A stretch of 20,297 nucleotides of DNA from positions 1 to 20,297 of the forward strand of contig NW_021823988.1 in NCBI RefSeq assembly GCF_006345805.1, in the 5' to 3' direction. The notes under the pieces were generated by a model. The model was not told the DNA's origin and did no database searches. It was given only the letters and a program-made list of their open reading frames with translations. Below are positions 1 to 9,529 of this stretch, one piece after another (position 1 is the stretch's first letter; every line of letters starts with the position of its first letter). The position numbers and the translations under genes were made by a program. The stretch comes from Octopus sinensis. Its lineage: Eukaryota.

Positions 1-768
1 CCTATTTCTTTATTACCCACGGGGCTAAACACAGAGGGGACAAACAAGGACAGACAAAGGGATTAAGTCGATTATATCGACCCCAGAGCGTACAGGTACT
101 TATTTAATCAACCCCCGAAAGGAATGAAGGCAAAGTTGACCTCGGCGGAATTTGAACTCAGAACGTAGTGGCAGACAAATACCTATTCTTTACTACCCAC
201 AAGGGGCTAAACACAGAGGGGACAAACAAGGACAGACAACGGATTAAGTCGATTATCGACCCCAGAGCGTAACAGGTACTATTTAATCGACCCCGAAAGG
301 ATGAAAGGCAAAGTCGACCTCGGCGGAATTGAACTCAGAACATAGTGGCAGACGAAATACCTATTTCTTTATTACCCACAAGGGGCTAAACACAGTGGAG
401 ACAAACAAGGACAGACAAAGGGATTAAGTCAATTATATCGACCCCAGAGCGTAACAGGTACTTATTTAAACAACCCCGAAAGGATGAAAGGCAAAGTCGA
501 CCATGGCGGAATTTGAACTCAGAACGTAATGGCAGACGAAATACCTATTTCTTTATTACCCACAAGGGGCTAAACACAGAGGGGACAAACAAGGACAGAC
601 AAAGGGATTAAGTCGATTATATCGACCCCAGAGCGTAACAGGTACTTATTTTATCGACCCCGAAAGGATGAAAGGCAAAGTTGACCTTGGTGGAATTTGA
701 ACTCAGAACATAGTGTCAGATAAAATACGGCTATGCATTTCGCCCGGCATGCTAACGTTTCTGCCAGC
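1..768 (-). repeat. Tandem array of four ~180-bp units derived from a tRNA-related SINE (family A); only the last unit keeps the SINE head
   Basis: Units start with cctatttctt at 1, 182, 360 and 544 and are highly similar. On minus each has B-box-like gagttcaaattcc; A-box-like gctggcagaaacg occurs only at ~756-768. The array may extend left of the window. Confidence 0.9.
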
Positions 769-772
769 GGTG

Positions 773-1020
773 TCATCATCATCATCATTTAGTGTCTGTT
801 TCCCATGCTGACAGGGGTTAGCTGGTTTGATTGGAACTGGTACCTGGAGAGCTGTACCAGGCTCCAGTCTGGTCTAGCTTGGTTTCTATGGCTGAATGCT
901 CTTCCTAAGGCCAACCACTCCAAGAACATAGTGGATGCCTTTTACATGTCACTGGCACAAGTGCCCTTTATGTGTCACCAGCACAGGAGCCTTTTGTGTG
1001 CCACTGGCACTGGCTACGAC
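773..1020 (-). mobile_element. (ATC)n-tailed retroposon, family D (RTE-type 3' end or RTE-dependent SINE), diverged copy
   Basis: catcatcatc tail at 775-787 followed by atgctcttcctaaggccaaccactcc; homologous to copies at 17166-17399 and 18473-18826. RTE assignment is from recall of the ggcgttaggaagggcatcc 3' motif. Confidence 0.7.
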
Positions 1021-1084
1021 TGCAATTTCAGCTGTACTGAACCTTGACGTATTTCTGTTCTTATATATTCTTATTTCTTTTATT

Positions 1085-1407
1085 TTTTTTACTAGTTCCA
1101 GACATTTGACTGCGGCCATGCTGGAGCACCACCTTGAAGGGTTTTAGTTGAACAAATCAACTGCAGGACTTATTTTAAGCCTACAATTTATTCTATTGGT
1201 CTCTTTTGCCAAACTGCTAAGTTACTGGGACATAAACACAGACACACACACATAGCTCTCTCTCTCTATATACATACATATATATATATATATATATCAT
1301 CATCATCATCATTAAACGTTCGCTTTCCTGCTAGCATGGGTGGACGATTTTGACTGAGGGCTGGCGACCAGAGGCTGCACCAGGCTCCAATCTATCATCT
1401 ATCTATC

Positions 1408-1441
<34 letters not shown>

Positions 1442-1604
1442 CTACACACGGCAATCTTCTTTCAGTTTTTGCCTACCAAATCCACTCACAAGGCCTTGGT
1501 TGGCCTAAGGCAGTAGTAGAAGACACTTACCCAAAGTGTCATGCAGTGGGACTGAACCCGGAACTATGTGGTTGGGAAGTAAACTTTTTACCACACAGTC
1601 ACGC
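1085..1604 (-). mobile_element. CORE-like composite SINE (family B), interrupted by microsatellites and a family-D fragment (~1297-1395)
   Basis: 3' half tttgactgcggccatgctggagcacc at ~1105; 5' half caaatccactcacaagg...cttacccaaagtgtcatgcagtgggactgaacccgg at 1477-1562; matches the copy at 15891-16283. Confidence 0.8.
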
Positions 1605-2008
1605 CTTATATATATATCTATATATATATATAAATATAAATAAAACATGGTGACAGTATATGTTCCTAAGTACATACACATCCTCTCTCTTTCTCACACA
1701 CACACACACACTAAACACACAACTCCACACTTATACATACACAAACCTACCTATTGTGGGAAAAACACACAGAAAGAGAATACACAAATCACACCTATGT
1801 ACACATAACTAACATGGTAAAAAACACATACACACGGATACATACAAACAAACACTGAACATATAAAGTCTCACTGAGAAGAGCCTTTACATGGTTGCTA
1901 CTCAAATCACACGTCTGCTGCATACATAAAACAGGAAAGAAAAACTTTTGATGGATTTAGTCCTGATCAATCAAGGTTGACCCAGGGTTAAAAAAAAAAA
2001 CCATTACC

Positions 2009-2242
2009 TATATCTTTACTACCCACAAGGGGCTAAACACAGAGAGGAAACAAACAAGGACAGACACACGGATTAAGTCGATTATATCGACCCCAGTGCG
2101 TAACTGGTACTTATTTAATCGACCCCGAAAGGGATGAAAGGCAAAGTCGACCTCGGCGGAACTTGAACTCAGAACGTAGTGGCAGACGAAGTACCGCTAA
2201 GCATTTCGTCTGGCGTGCTAACGTTTCTGCCAGCTCACCGCC
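2009..2242 (-). mobile_element. Full-length family-A tRNA-derived SINE with target-site duplication
   Basis: Head ggcggtgagctggcagaaacg on minus, A/B-box-like motifs; flanked by tt(a)nccattacc at ~1988-2008 and 2243-2260. Confidence 0.9.
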
Positions 2243-2561
2243 TTAAAAAAAACCATTACCACCAAATTGAATGAACCGATGAAAGATCTTTCCATGAGGT
2301 TGCTTCAACCTCCTAGAAATAGCAGCAAATTGGGGGAACGTGGTATGGCAAGGTGATATATATATATATCAAAGACTCATAGGCCCTACCTGAGTCATAG
2401 GCTCATAAGGCCAGTTTCCTTGATTCTGTGGTGCATATATTCACCCCTGGATGGGTTGCTAGTCCATCACAGGATTATTCACTTATTCATATAAAGATAT
2501 ATCATCATCATCATTGTTTAATGTTTGTTGTACATACTGAATATATATATATATATGTGAA

Positions 2562-2893
2562 GGCGCATGGCTCAGTGGTTAGAGCGTCGAGCTTACGATC
2601 GTGAGGTTGTGAGCTCGAATCCCGGACCGGGCTGCGTGTTGTGTTCTTGAGCAAGGCACTTTATTTCACGTTGCTCCAGTTCACTCAGCTGTAGAAATGA
2701 GTTGCGACGTCACTGGTGCCAAGCTGTATCGACCTTTGTCTTTCCCTTGGATAACACTGGTGGCATGGTGAGGGGAGGCTGGTATGCATGGGCGACTACT
2801 GGTCTTCCATAAACAACCTTGCCCGGACTTGTGTCTAGGAGGGTAACTTTCTAGGTGCAATCCCATGGTCATTCATGACCGAAGGGGGTCTTA
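2562..2893 (+). mobile_element. tRNA-headed SINE (family C) with CORE-like central segment
   Basis: A box tggctcagtggtt and B box gctcgaatcc, then gtgttcttgagcaaggcacttta; second copy at 4211-4766. Confidence 0.85.
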
Positions 2894-2929
2894 AAAAATA
2901 TATATATATATGTATGTATGTATGTGTGT

Positions 2930-3130
2930 GTCTGTGTTTGTCTCCCTAGCATTGCTTGACAACCGATGCTGGTGTGTTTACGTCCCCGTCACTTAGCGGT
3001 TTGGCAAAAGAGACCAATAGAATAAGTACTGGGCTTACAAAGAATAAGTCCCGGGGTCGATTTGCTCGACTAAAGGCGGTGCTCCAGCATGGCCACAGTC
3101 AAAATGACTGAAACAAGTAAAAGAGTAAAG
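2930..3130 (+). mobile_element. 3' half of family-B SINE
   Basis: gcttgacaaccgatgctggtg...aaggcggtgctccagcatggcc...gaaacaagtaaaagagtaaag; reverse complement of 15891-16090. Confidence 0.85.
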
Positions 3131-3132
3131 AG

Positions 3133-3167
<35 letters not shown>

Positions 3168-4035
3168 ATTACATGTGTTTATTAGTTTTCCAGTCAGAAG
3201 AGTTGGTCACAGCAGGAATGTCTTTTTATACCTGCTCAACCACAATTGACCTGAGGCCCATGACTCACTGTGTGGCTTCAGTTGTTTGATAGAGTAAAAA
3301 CCACGACATCAAAGGAAGACCATCAACATGGCCGTTCACCTTGCTGGAAATAGCAGCCAAATCCTAAAGAAAAAATTCCCAAGCAAAAAAGGGGACACAC
3401 ACACACACAGAGACTAAAATGTAGTCAGTCCACCCATTGCCTGCTGTTCCTACTTAGAGGGCCATCACAGCAAGGGAGTTTTTGTTGGGGTTTGGAAGGG
3501 TGATAAAACAACAAGAACAACATGTTGCGCATACACACACATACACAAACACACAGACTTGTTCAATGTATAGAATCACACCACCACAGACATGTTACAA
3601 CATGAAACACACACACACACACACAAATCTAGGTTGCCCTACTTTCCTATATACATCAACCATGACTTGGAAAAGAGAAAGAAAGAAAAAAACATCTGAA
3701 TCCAATGAGACTGAAAATCTGGGTCATGACCCACAACAGCCTTTGAGATTATCTTTTTAGTCTTTTTTATTTTTAATTTTTAATTTTTTTTTTTTTTTCA
3801 TGAAAGAAAAGGACTGGTTCTAATGAAAGAGGAAAAACGAGATGGGAGTGAAAGGGTGAAGATCTGTTTATCTCCCACCCTGATTCCAACTGAATGCACA
3901 CATTTATAAAAAAAATGTCCCCCAAATGGACATTACATTTTGTTTCTTTTTTTATTTTTTCATCCTCATTATTTTGTTTAATGGGCAAACAAACTCCTAA
4001 ACTCCCAGACAAATTGCAGGAAAGGGCAAGCAACG

Positions 4036-4103
4036 CCCTACCCTGTGCCATTCTTTCACAGAGTGCCTGCCCTACACTGTGCTATTCTTTCATAGAGTGC
4101 CTA
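4036..4103. repeat. 34-bp tandem duplication (2 copies)
   Basis: ccctaccctgtgccattctttcacagagtgcctg followed by ccctacactgtgctattctttcatagagtgccta. Confidence 0.85.
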
Positions 4104-4210
4104 CTATAGAGGGCCTTGGCTACAAGTGCCTGTGAATATGTTTTAATGTTTTGTTGTTTTGATTATACTGTATAGCTTATTGTATGTGTGTGTTTGTGTG
4201 TGTGTGTGAA

Positions 4211-4766
4211 GGCGCACGGCTCAGTGGTTAGAGAGTTGAGCTTATGATCGTGAGGTTGTGAGTTCAATTCCTGGACTGGGTTGTGTGTTGTGTTCTTGAG
4301 CAAGACACTTATTTCACGTTGCTTCAGTTCACTCAGCTGTAGAAATGAGTTGCGACGTCACTGGTGCCAAGCTGTATTGGCCCCTTTGCCTTTCCCTTGG
4401 GTAACATCAGTGGCATGTAGAGGGGAGGCTGGTGTGCATGGGTGATTGCTGGTCTTCCATAAACAACCTTATTAATTTATTGCCCACAAGGGGCTAAACA
4501 TAGAGGGGACAAACAAGGACAAAGTCGATTACATTGAACCCAGTGCATAAGTGGTACTTAATTTATCGACCTCCGAAAGAATGAAAGGCAAAGTCGACCT
4601 CAGCGGAATTTGAGCTCAGAACGTAGCGGCAGATGAAATACTGCTAAGCATTTCACCTGGCGTGCTAACGTTTCTGCCAGCTCACAGCCTTCCATAAACA
4701 ACCATACCCGGACTTGTGTCTCAGAGGTAGGTGCAATCGCATAGCTATTCATGACTGAAGGGAGTC
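4211..4766 (+). mobile_element. Family-C tRNA-headed SINE split by a nested family-A SINE
   Basis: Colinear with 2562-2893 once 4469-4688 and one TSD copy are removed. Confidence 0.85.
4469..4688 (-). mobile_element. Family-A SINE nested in family-C SINE, 15-bp TSD
   Basis: cttccataaacaacc is duplicated at 4454-4468 and 4689-4703; body matches 2009-2242. Confidence 0.9.
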
Positions 4767-4789
4767 GCGACGTGTGTGTGTGTGTGTGG

Positions 4790-5134
4790 GAGGGCAAGAT
4801 GTTTGCTTCCCGACCACATGGATCAGTCCCAGTGTGACACCTTAAGCAAATGTCTTTTACCATATCCTCAGGCAGACCAAATCCTTGTGAGTGGATTTGG
4901 TAGACAGAAACTGAAACAAGACCACTGTGTGAGTGTGTGTTTGTTCCCCACCACTGCTTGACAATTCGTGTTGGAGCATTTACGTCCCCATAACTTAGTG
5001 GTTTGGTAAAAGAGACTGATAGAATAAGTAAAAGGCTTACAACGAAAATGAGTACTGGCATTGATTAGTCTGACTAAAATTCCTCAAGGCAGTGCCCCAG
5101 CATGGCCACAGTCTCATGATTAAAACAAGTAAAA
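4790..5134 (+). mobile_element. Family-B SINE, diverged near-full-length copy
   Basis: gtgacaccttaagcaaatgtctt, ccttgtgagtggatttggtagacagaaactg, aaggcagtgccccagcatggccacag. Confidence 0.8.
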
Positions 5135-5198
5135 TGAATGCATGCATGTATGTATCTGTGTGCATGTGTTTGTGTGTAGTCTAAAGTCATCTTGTTTC

Positions 5199-5915
5199 AT
5201 AGAAGAAACTGAAAGGTTACAAAGAACATTTACCAGTAAAATAACTTTGGTTAAAGACCTTAATTACTGGAGACATCCAAAAGCTTTGTGTCTCTATTCT
5301 CTTGACTACTATCATATCACTTCACTTTGACCGAAGTGATATGATCACTTTGACCAACCAGTCCGTCAGGCGTCCATTTGACACCGCTGGTCACAGCACG
5401 CTGTCCACTCCTCTCTGGATCGCGCCTTTCTCATCCACGTGATCCCAATAGTCCTCTTGAAATCGTCACTCCACCGTCGTGGAGGTCTTCCAGGTGGTCT
5501 TTTCCGCTCACACGGGTACCACTCGTCAACTGTGTGCGTCCACCGATTATCGGTGAGCCGGGCGACGTGTCCAGTCCATCTATACTTGCTGCGAGTATAC
5601 TCTGCGATGACATCTCTCACGCTGGACTTCTTTCTGATGATGTTGCTATTTATGTGCTCTCTCAATGAGATATCAAGCATTGACCTTTCCATGGCTCTTT
5701 GAGCCGTTATCAGTCTTTGCTCTTCTCTCTTTGTGGTACAGCAACTCGGGCTAATAGGAATGAGCCTGGTAGGTGTAAAAAACCAAGTGGCATCTGTTGT
5801 CAAGAGTCAGGTTGCAAATGTTCTTCCAGGATTTTCCATATGTATATGATAGTAGCCCATGTTTCTACTGGGCTACTATCATATACATATGGAAAATCCT
5901 GGAAGAACATCTGCA
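5199..5915 (+). pseudogene. CR1-group LINE ORF2 remnant (5199-5305, resuming ~5873-5915), interrupted by the RTE insertion
   Basis: 5199 onward translates IEETERLQRTFTSKITLVKDLNYWRHPKALCLYSL; beyond the insertion another frame gives TIIYIWKILEE. Together they resemble the LE.VQR.FT...L.YWERL..L.LYSLERRR.RY.IIY.WKILEG pattern of invertebrate CR1-like ORF2. Recognised by eye. Confidence 0.6.
5318..5872 (-). mobile_element. 5'-truncated RTE-clade LINE; ORF C-terminus 5738-5366
   Basis: TTKREEQRLITAQRAMERSMLDISLREHI...KYRWTGHVARLTDNRWTHTVDEWYP.ERKRPPGRPPRRWSDD is a typical RTE post-RT C-terminus; 12-bp TSD ctactatcatat at 5306-5317 and 5873-5884. Confidence 0.9.
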
Positions 5916-5989
5916 ATCTGACTCTTGACAACAGATGCCACTTGGTTTTTTACACCCACCAGGCTTGTTCGTATTAGCCCGAGTTGCTG
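5739..5989. repeat. Long palindrome: 121-bp arms, 9-nt loop, 6 mismatches, no indels
   Basis: 5739-5859 is the reverse complement of 5869-5989 (coordinate sums both 11728); loop tgtttctac. Confidence 0.95.
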
Positions 5990-6315
5990 GATAATTTTTC
6001 ATTCCTTCCAGAATATTGTAGAATGGAAACTTTTCATAGATTGGAATTTAAATCCTTATCTCTCTATAGAAGGGTGTCAAGAGAACATCTACTATGGATG
6101 ATATTTTTTGACACACAGCACCTGTAAGACAACTGCCAGATGCTGAATGAAAATAAATAAACTGCAACCAGACTTAATAAAAGGAGCCTGAGTTATTGGC
6201 TGCAGTTACAAACTTGAAGTCTGTTGACAGAAATTAAAACAGCTTGCAAATACAAGTTCACTTTACTAAATTTATACTCATGCCAGAGTCACGACTGAGA
6301 TATATATATATATAT

Positions 6316-6713
6316 ACTAGCAGTATAGCCCAGCATCGCTTGGGCTTGTTTTCTTTTCGACCCTTTAGAATTGGAATTTTTGAAAAGTAAAAATTTTGCA
6401 TTATGTAGCTTGTTATTCTCTTTAAGTGAACATTTTTCTGGTTGAAATATACCAAAAAATGATGACACAGCAGTCAAAAAATCGTTAAAAATAGGGAATT
6501 TCATAGAAAAAAAGCACCTTTTTGATGTAAATAATTATTGATGTTAACATGTTCCGATTTGAATTTTTTCTTCTACGGAAGGAAGAGCAAGCCTTTTTCT
6601 ATCATACTCTCAATTTTGGTCAACTTCCGCCGCAGGGTCTTGGAGGAGATAGTGTTAGTTGAAGGCTACCAAACCTGCCAGACACAGACAACTTCAGCTT
6701 TATATATATATAG
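6316..6713 (+). mobile_element. Non-autonomous Helitron/Helentron-like (DINE/HINE-type) element
   Basis: Begins ACTAG with a subterminal hairpin gccca-gcatcgct-tgggc (6328-6345) and ends caacttcagctttatatatatatag; lies in TA repeats with no TSD seen. Confidence 0.55.
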
Positions 6714-7073
6714 CAGATGGTGGCTAGGTGCAGGGAATGGCTGTGTTCTAAGCTTGCTTCTCAACCACATATTTCTGGGTTCATCCCCACTGTGTGGCAC
6801 CTTGGGCATGTGTCTTCTACTATAGCCTCAGGCTGACCAGTCTTGTGAGTGGATTTGGTAGAGAGAAACTGAAAGAAGCTTATCGTGTGTGTGTGTGTAT
6901 GTATTTATATGTGTGTGTCTGTGTTTGTCCCCCTGCTATTGCTTGACAACCAATAGAATAAGTACTAGGCTTACAAAGAATAAGCCCTTGGATCGATTTC
7001 TTCAACTAAAAAAAAACCTATAAGGCAGTGTTCCAGCATGGCCAAAGTCAAATGACTGAAACAAGTAAAAGAA
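6714..7073 (+). mobile_element. Family-B SINE (internally deleted copy)
   Basis: cccactgtgtggcaccttgggcatgtgtcttctactatagcc...gaaacaagtaaaaga. Confidence 0.85.
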
Positions 7074-7116
7074 TACACACACACACACACACACACACGT
7101 GTGTGTGTGTGCATTT

Positions 7117-7525
7117 ATACTCTTTTACACTTTAACTTGTTTCAGTCATTTGACTGTGGCCATGCTGAAGCACCGCCTTTAGTCAAACAAATCGACCCCA
7201 AGACTTATTCTTTGTAAGCCCAGTACTTATTCTATCAGTCTCTTTTGCCGAACTGCTAAGTTACAGGGACGTTAACACACCAGAATCAGTTGTCAAGCGA
7301 TGTTGGGGGGACAAAGACAGACACACAAAACATACACACACACATATATATGTATACACATACGACAGGCTTCTTTCAGTTTCCGTCTACCAAATCCACT
7401 CACAAGGCTTTGGTCGGCCCGAGGCTATAGCAGAAGACACTTGCCCAAGGTGCCACGCAGTGGGACTGAACCCGGAACCATGTGGTTTGTAAGCAAATTA
7501 CTTACCACACAGCCACTCCTACGCC
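7117..7525 (-). mobile_element. Family-B SINE, full length
   Basis: Head aggcgtaggagtggctgtgtggtaag on minus, ggttcagtcc B-box-like, gcaccttgggcaagtg CORE-like motif, (CA)n linker, 3' module. Confidence 0.9.
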
Positions 7526-7581
7526 TATTTATATATATTTATATATATACATTTGTGTGTGTGTGTGTAGGTAAGTTGGTG

Positions 7582-7633
<52 letters not shown>

Positions 7634-7849
7634 AACTGTCAACAGATAATTGGAAGATCCTGATGTATGATGTAACATTTTCACAAGGAAATAACAGAAA
7701 GTGACTCAGCGATTTGAGAACTTTTAGCTTGAGTCATTTGACAGGTGTCTATACTGAAACTTCTAAATTACTGCCATATATACACACATGGACACTCACA
7801 TGCTTATGTCTCTCTCTCTCTCTCTCTCTCTCTATGCATGTATATAAAA

Positions 7850-8041
7850 GTGTGGTTGTGTGGTAAGAAGTTTGCTTACCAACCTCATAGTTCTAGGTTC
7901 AGTCCCACTGCAGGGCACCTTCGGCAAGTGTCATCTACTACACAACTTCTGGTCAGCCAGAGTCTGTGACTGCATGTGGTAGACAAAAATGAAAGAAGTC
8001 TGCTGCACATATATATATATGTATATATATATATATGTGTG

Positions 8042-8085
<44 letters not shown>

Positions 8086-8285
8086 TGTGTATAAACAAAC
8101 CACCACCATTTCACAACTGGTGTTGGTTTGTTTACATCCCTGTAACTTAGCAGTTTGATGAAAGATACAAACAGAAAAAGTACCTGGCTTTAAAAGAAAA
8201 GAATGAAAAAAATTGACTTGTACAGCAAAACTCTTCATGGTAGTGTCCCAGCATGGCCACAGCCCAGAGATTAAAACAAGTAAAA
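7850..8285 (+). mobile_element. Family-B SINE with expanded TA/TG linker
   Basis: gtggttgtgtggtaagaagtttgcttaccaacc...ggttcagtcccactgc; 3' ccagcatggccacagc...aaacaagtaaaa. Confidence 0.8.
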
Positions 8286-8494
8286 AAAAAAACATACATA
8301 CAGATGCATGCACACACACACCCACACATAGACTCACACATGCACGCATATATGTTGATAAGTAAAGCACTATGTGAAAGGCTGGCAGTAGAGAGTGAGA
8401 ACAGTTGTCAAATTGGTTAAGATTTGAAAATTTCCTAACACAGGAAGAATTTACAAAGTAGCCACACACCCCCGCGTGTACACAAAAAATAAAT

Positions 8495-8690
8495 CGTTAA
8501 AAATACCACGTGATAAAATTCAAATCTACTCCCCACCAATCAAATAAAGATATTATGTGTGTGTGTATATGCATGTATATACACATACTACATACATACA
8601 CACAGTAACATACAGGTATTACATAGACACACAATTTTCTATTGGTAGTGAAGGGATTTGAATTTTTCTATTAATACATGGTATTTAACG
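8495..8690. mobile_element. MITE-like element: ~50-bp imperfect inverted repeats around a TG/CA/TA core
   Basis: cgttaaaaataccacgtgataaaattcaaatc...ccaat (8495-8540) versus attggtagtgaagggatttgaattttt...catggtatttaacg (8641-8690). Confidence 0.55.
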
Positions 8691-8732
8691 GACTTCTTTT
8701 TCAAATGCATTTTGCCTTTATGCCTATATATA

Positions 8733-8769
<37 letters not shown>

Positions 8770-8904
8770 CATATATGAGTGTAGGACAAAAGCGCCCTAG
8801 GACAAAACCCTACTAGGACAAAAGCCCCTCGGACAAAACCCCCAGAGTTAAAGTGAGAAAGTGGACAAAACTCCCTCGGTTATTTTTCATATTTTTCCCC
8901 TTTT

Positions 8905-9084
8905 TATTTGTTTCAGTCACTAGACTGTGGCCATGCTGGGGTACAGCCATGAAAAATTTCTAGCTGAACATATCAACCCCAGAATTTTTTTTCTATTTTT
9001 GTTTCAGCCATTAGAGTGTGGCCATGCTGGGGCCCTGTCTTGAAGAATTTATAGATGAATGCATCAATGCCAGAATTTATTTTT
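8905..9084 (-). repeat. Two ~91-bp tandem units derived from the family-B SINE 3' tip
   Basis: gtttcag at 8910 and 9001; ccagaattt at 8979 and 9070. Confidence 0.8.
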
Positions 9085-9529
9085 AGGTGATTTTCAACAG
9101 GTGCATGAAGTTAAGCCTAGAAGGTCTCTCCACATGCTAGAAATAACAGCCAAATCTCTTGAATATTTTTTATCATTTCACATAAACAAAAACAATAATT
9201 GCGATTGTAAAAAAAAAACAACTTTTATTTTCCCAAAATTCTAATTTTTAAGTAAACAAAAAAATATTCAGTCGAAAATAAATAAGTAGAATAGAATAAC
9301 AGAACACAAGACTCTAATTTACTATTCAATATACACATTGTTTGAATTCTAACAAAAGGGAAAGCTTTGAACAACTAGCCTTTGGTGCCATAATTCTATT
9401 AGCCCTTCAGTGGCCTGAGAAAGTTCAAAAGGTCAGCTTATTCTCACTAATCGCTGAGTGCAGAGAAAAGTTACCAAACAACTTTAAATTTAAATTTTTA
9501 AATACTGATTTTTCTGCAGCTAAAAAATT

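Noticed and set aside
2562-2635. tRNA gene
   Set aside because: It has A/B boxes but runs directly into SINE body sequence, and a second copy with the same body is at 4211; it is a SINE head.
5761-5803. N-terminal part of the 145-aa ORF (MTTDATWFF...) as a real start
   Set aside because: It derives from the inverted flank copy, not from the RTE.
7702-7736. Paired AP-1-like TGACTCA/TGAGTCA sites
   Set aside because: Short motifs with no supporting context.
8784-8878. CRISPR-like repeat-spacer array (also considered for 9530-9950 and 12440-13876)
   Set aside because: Eukaryotic context, 8-bp repeats with 7-8-nt related spacers, no unique spacers and no cas genes.
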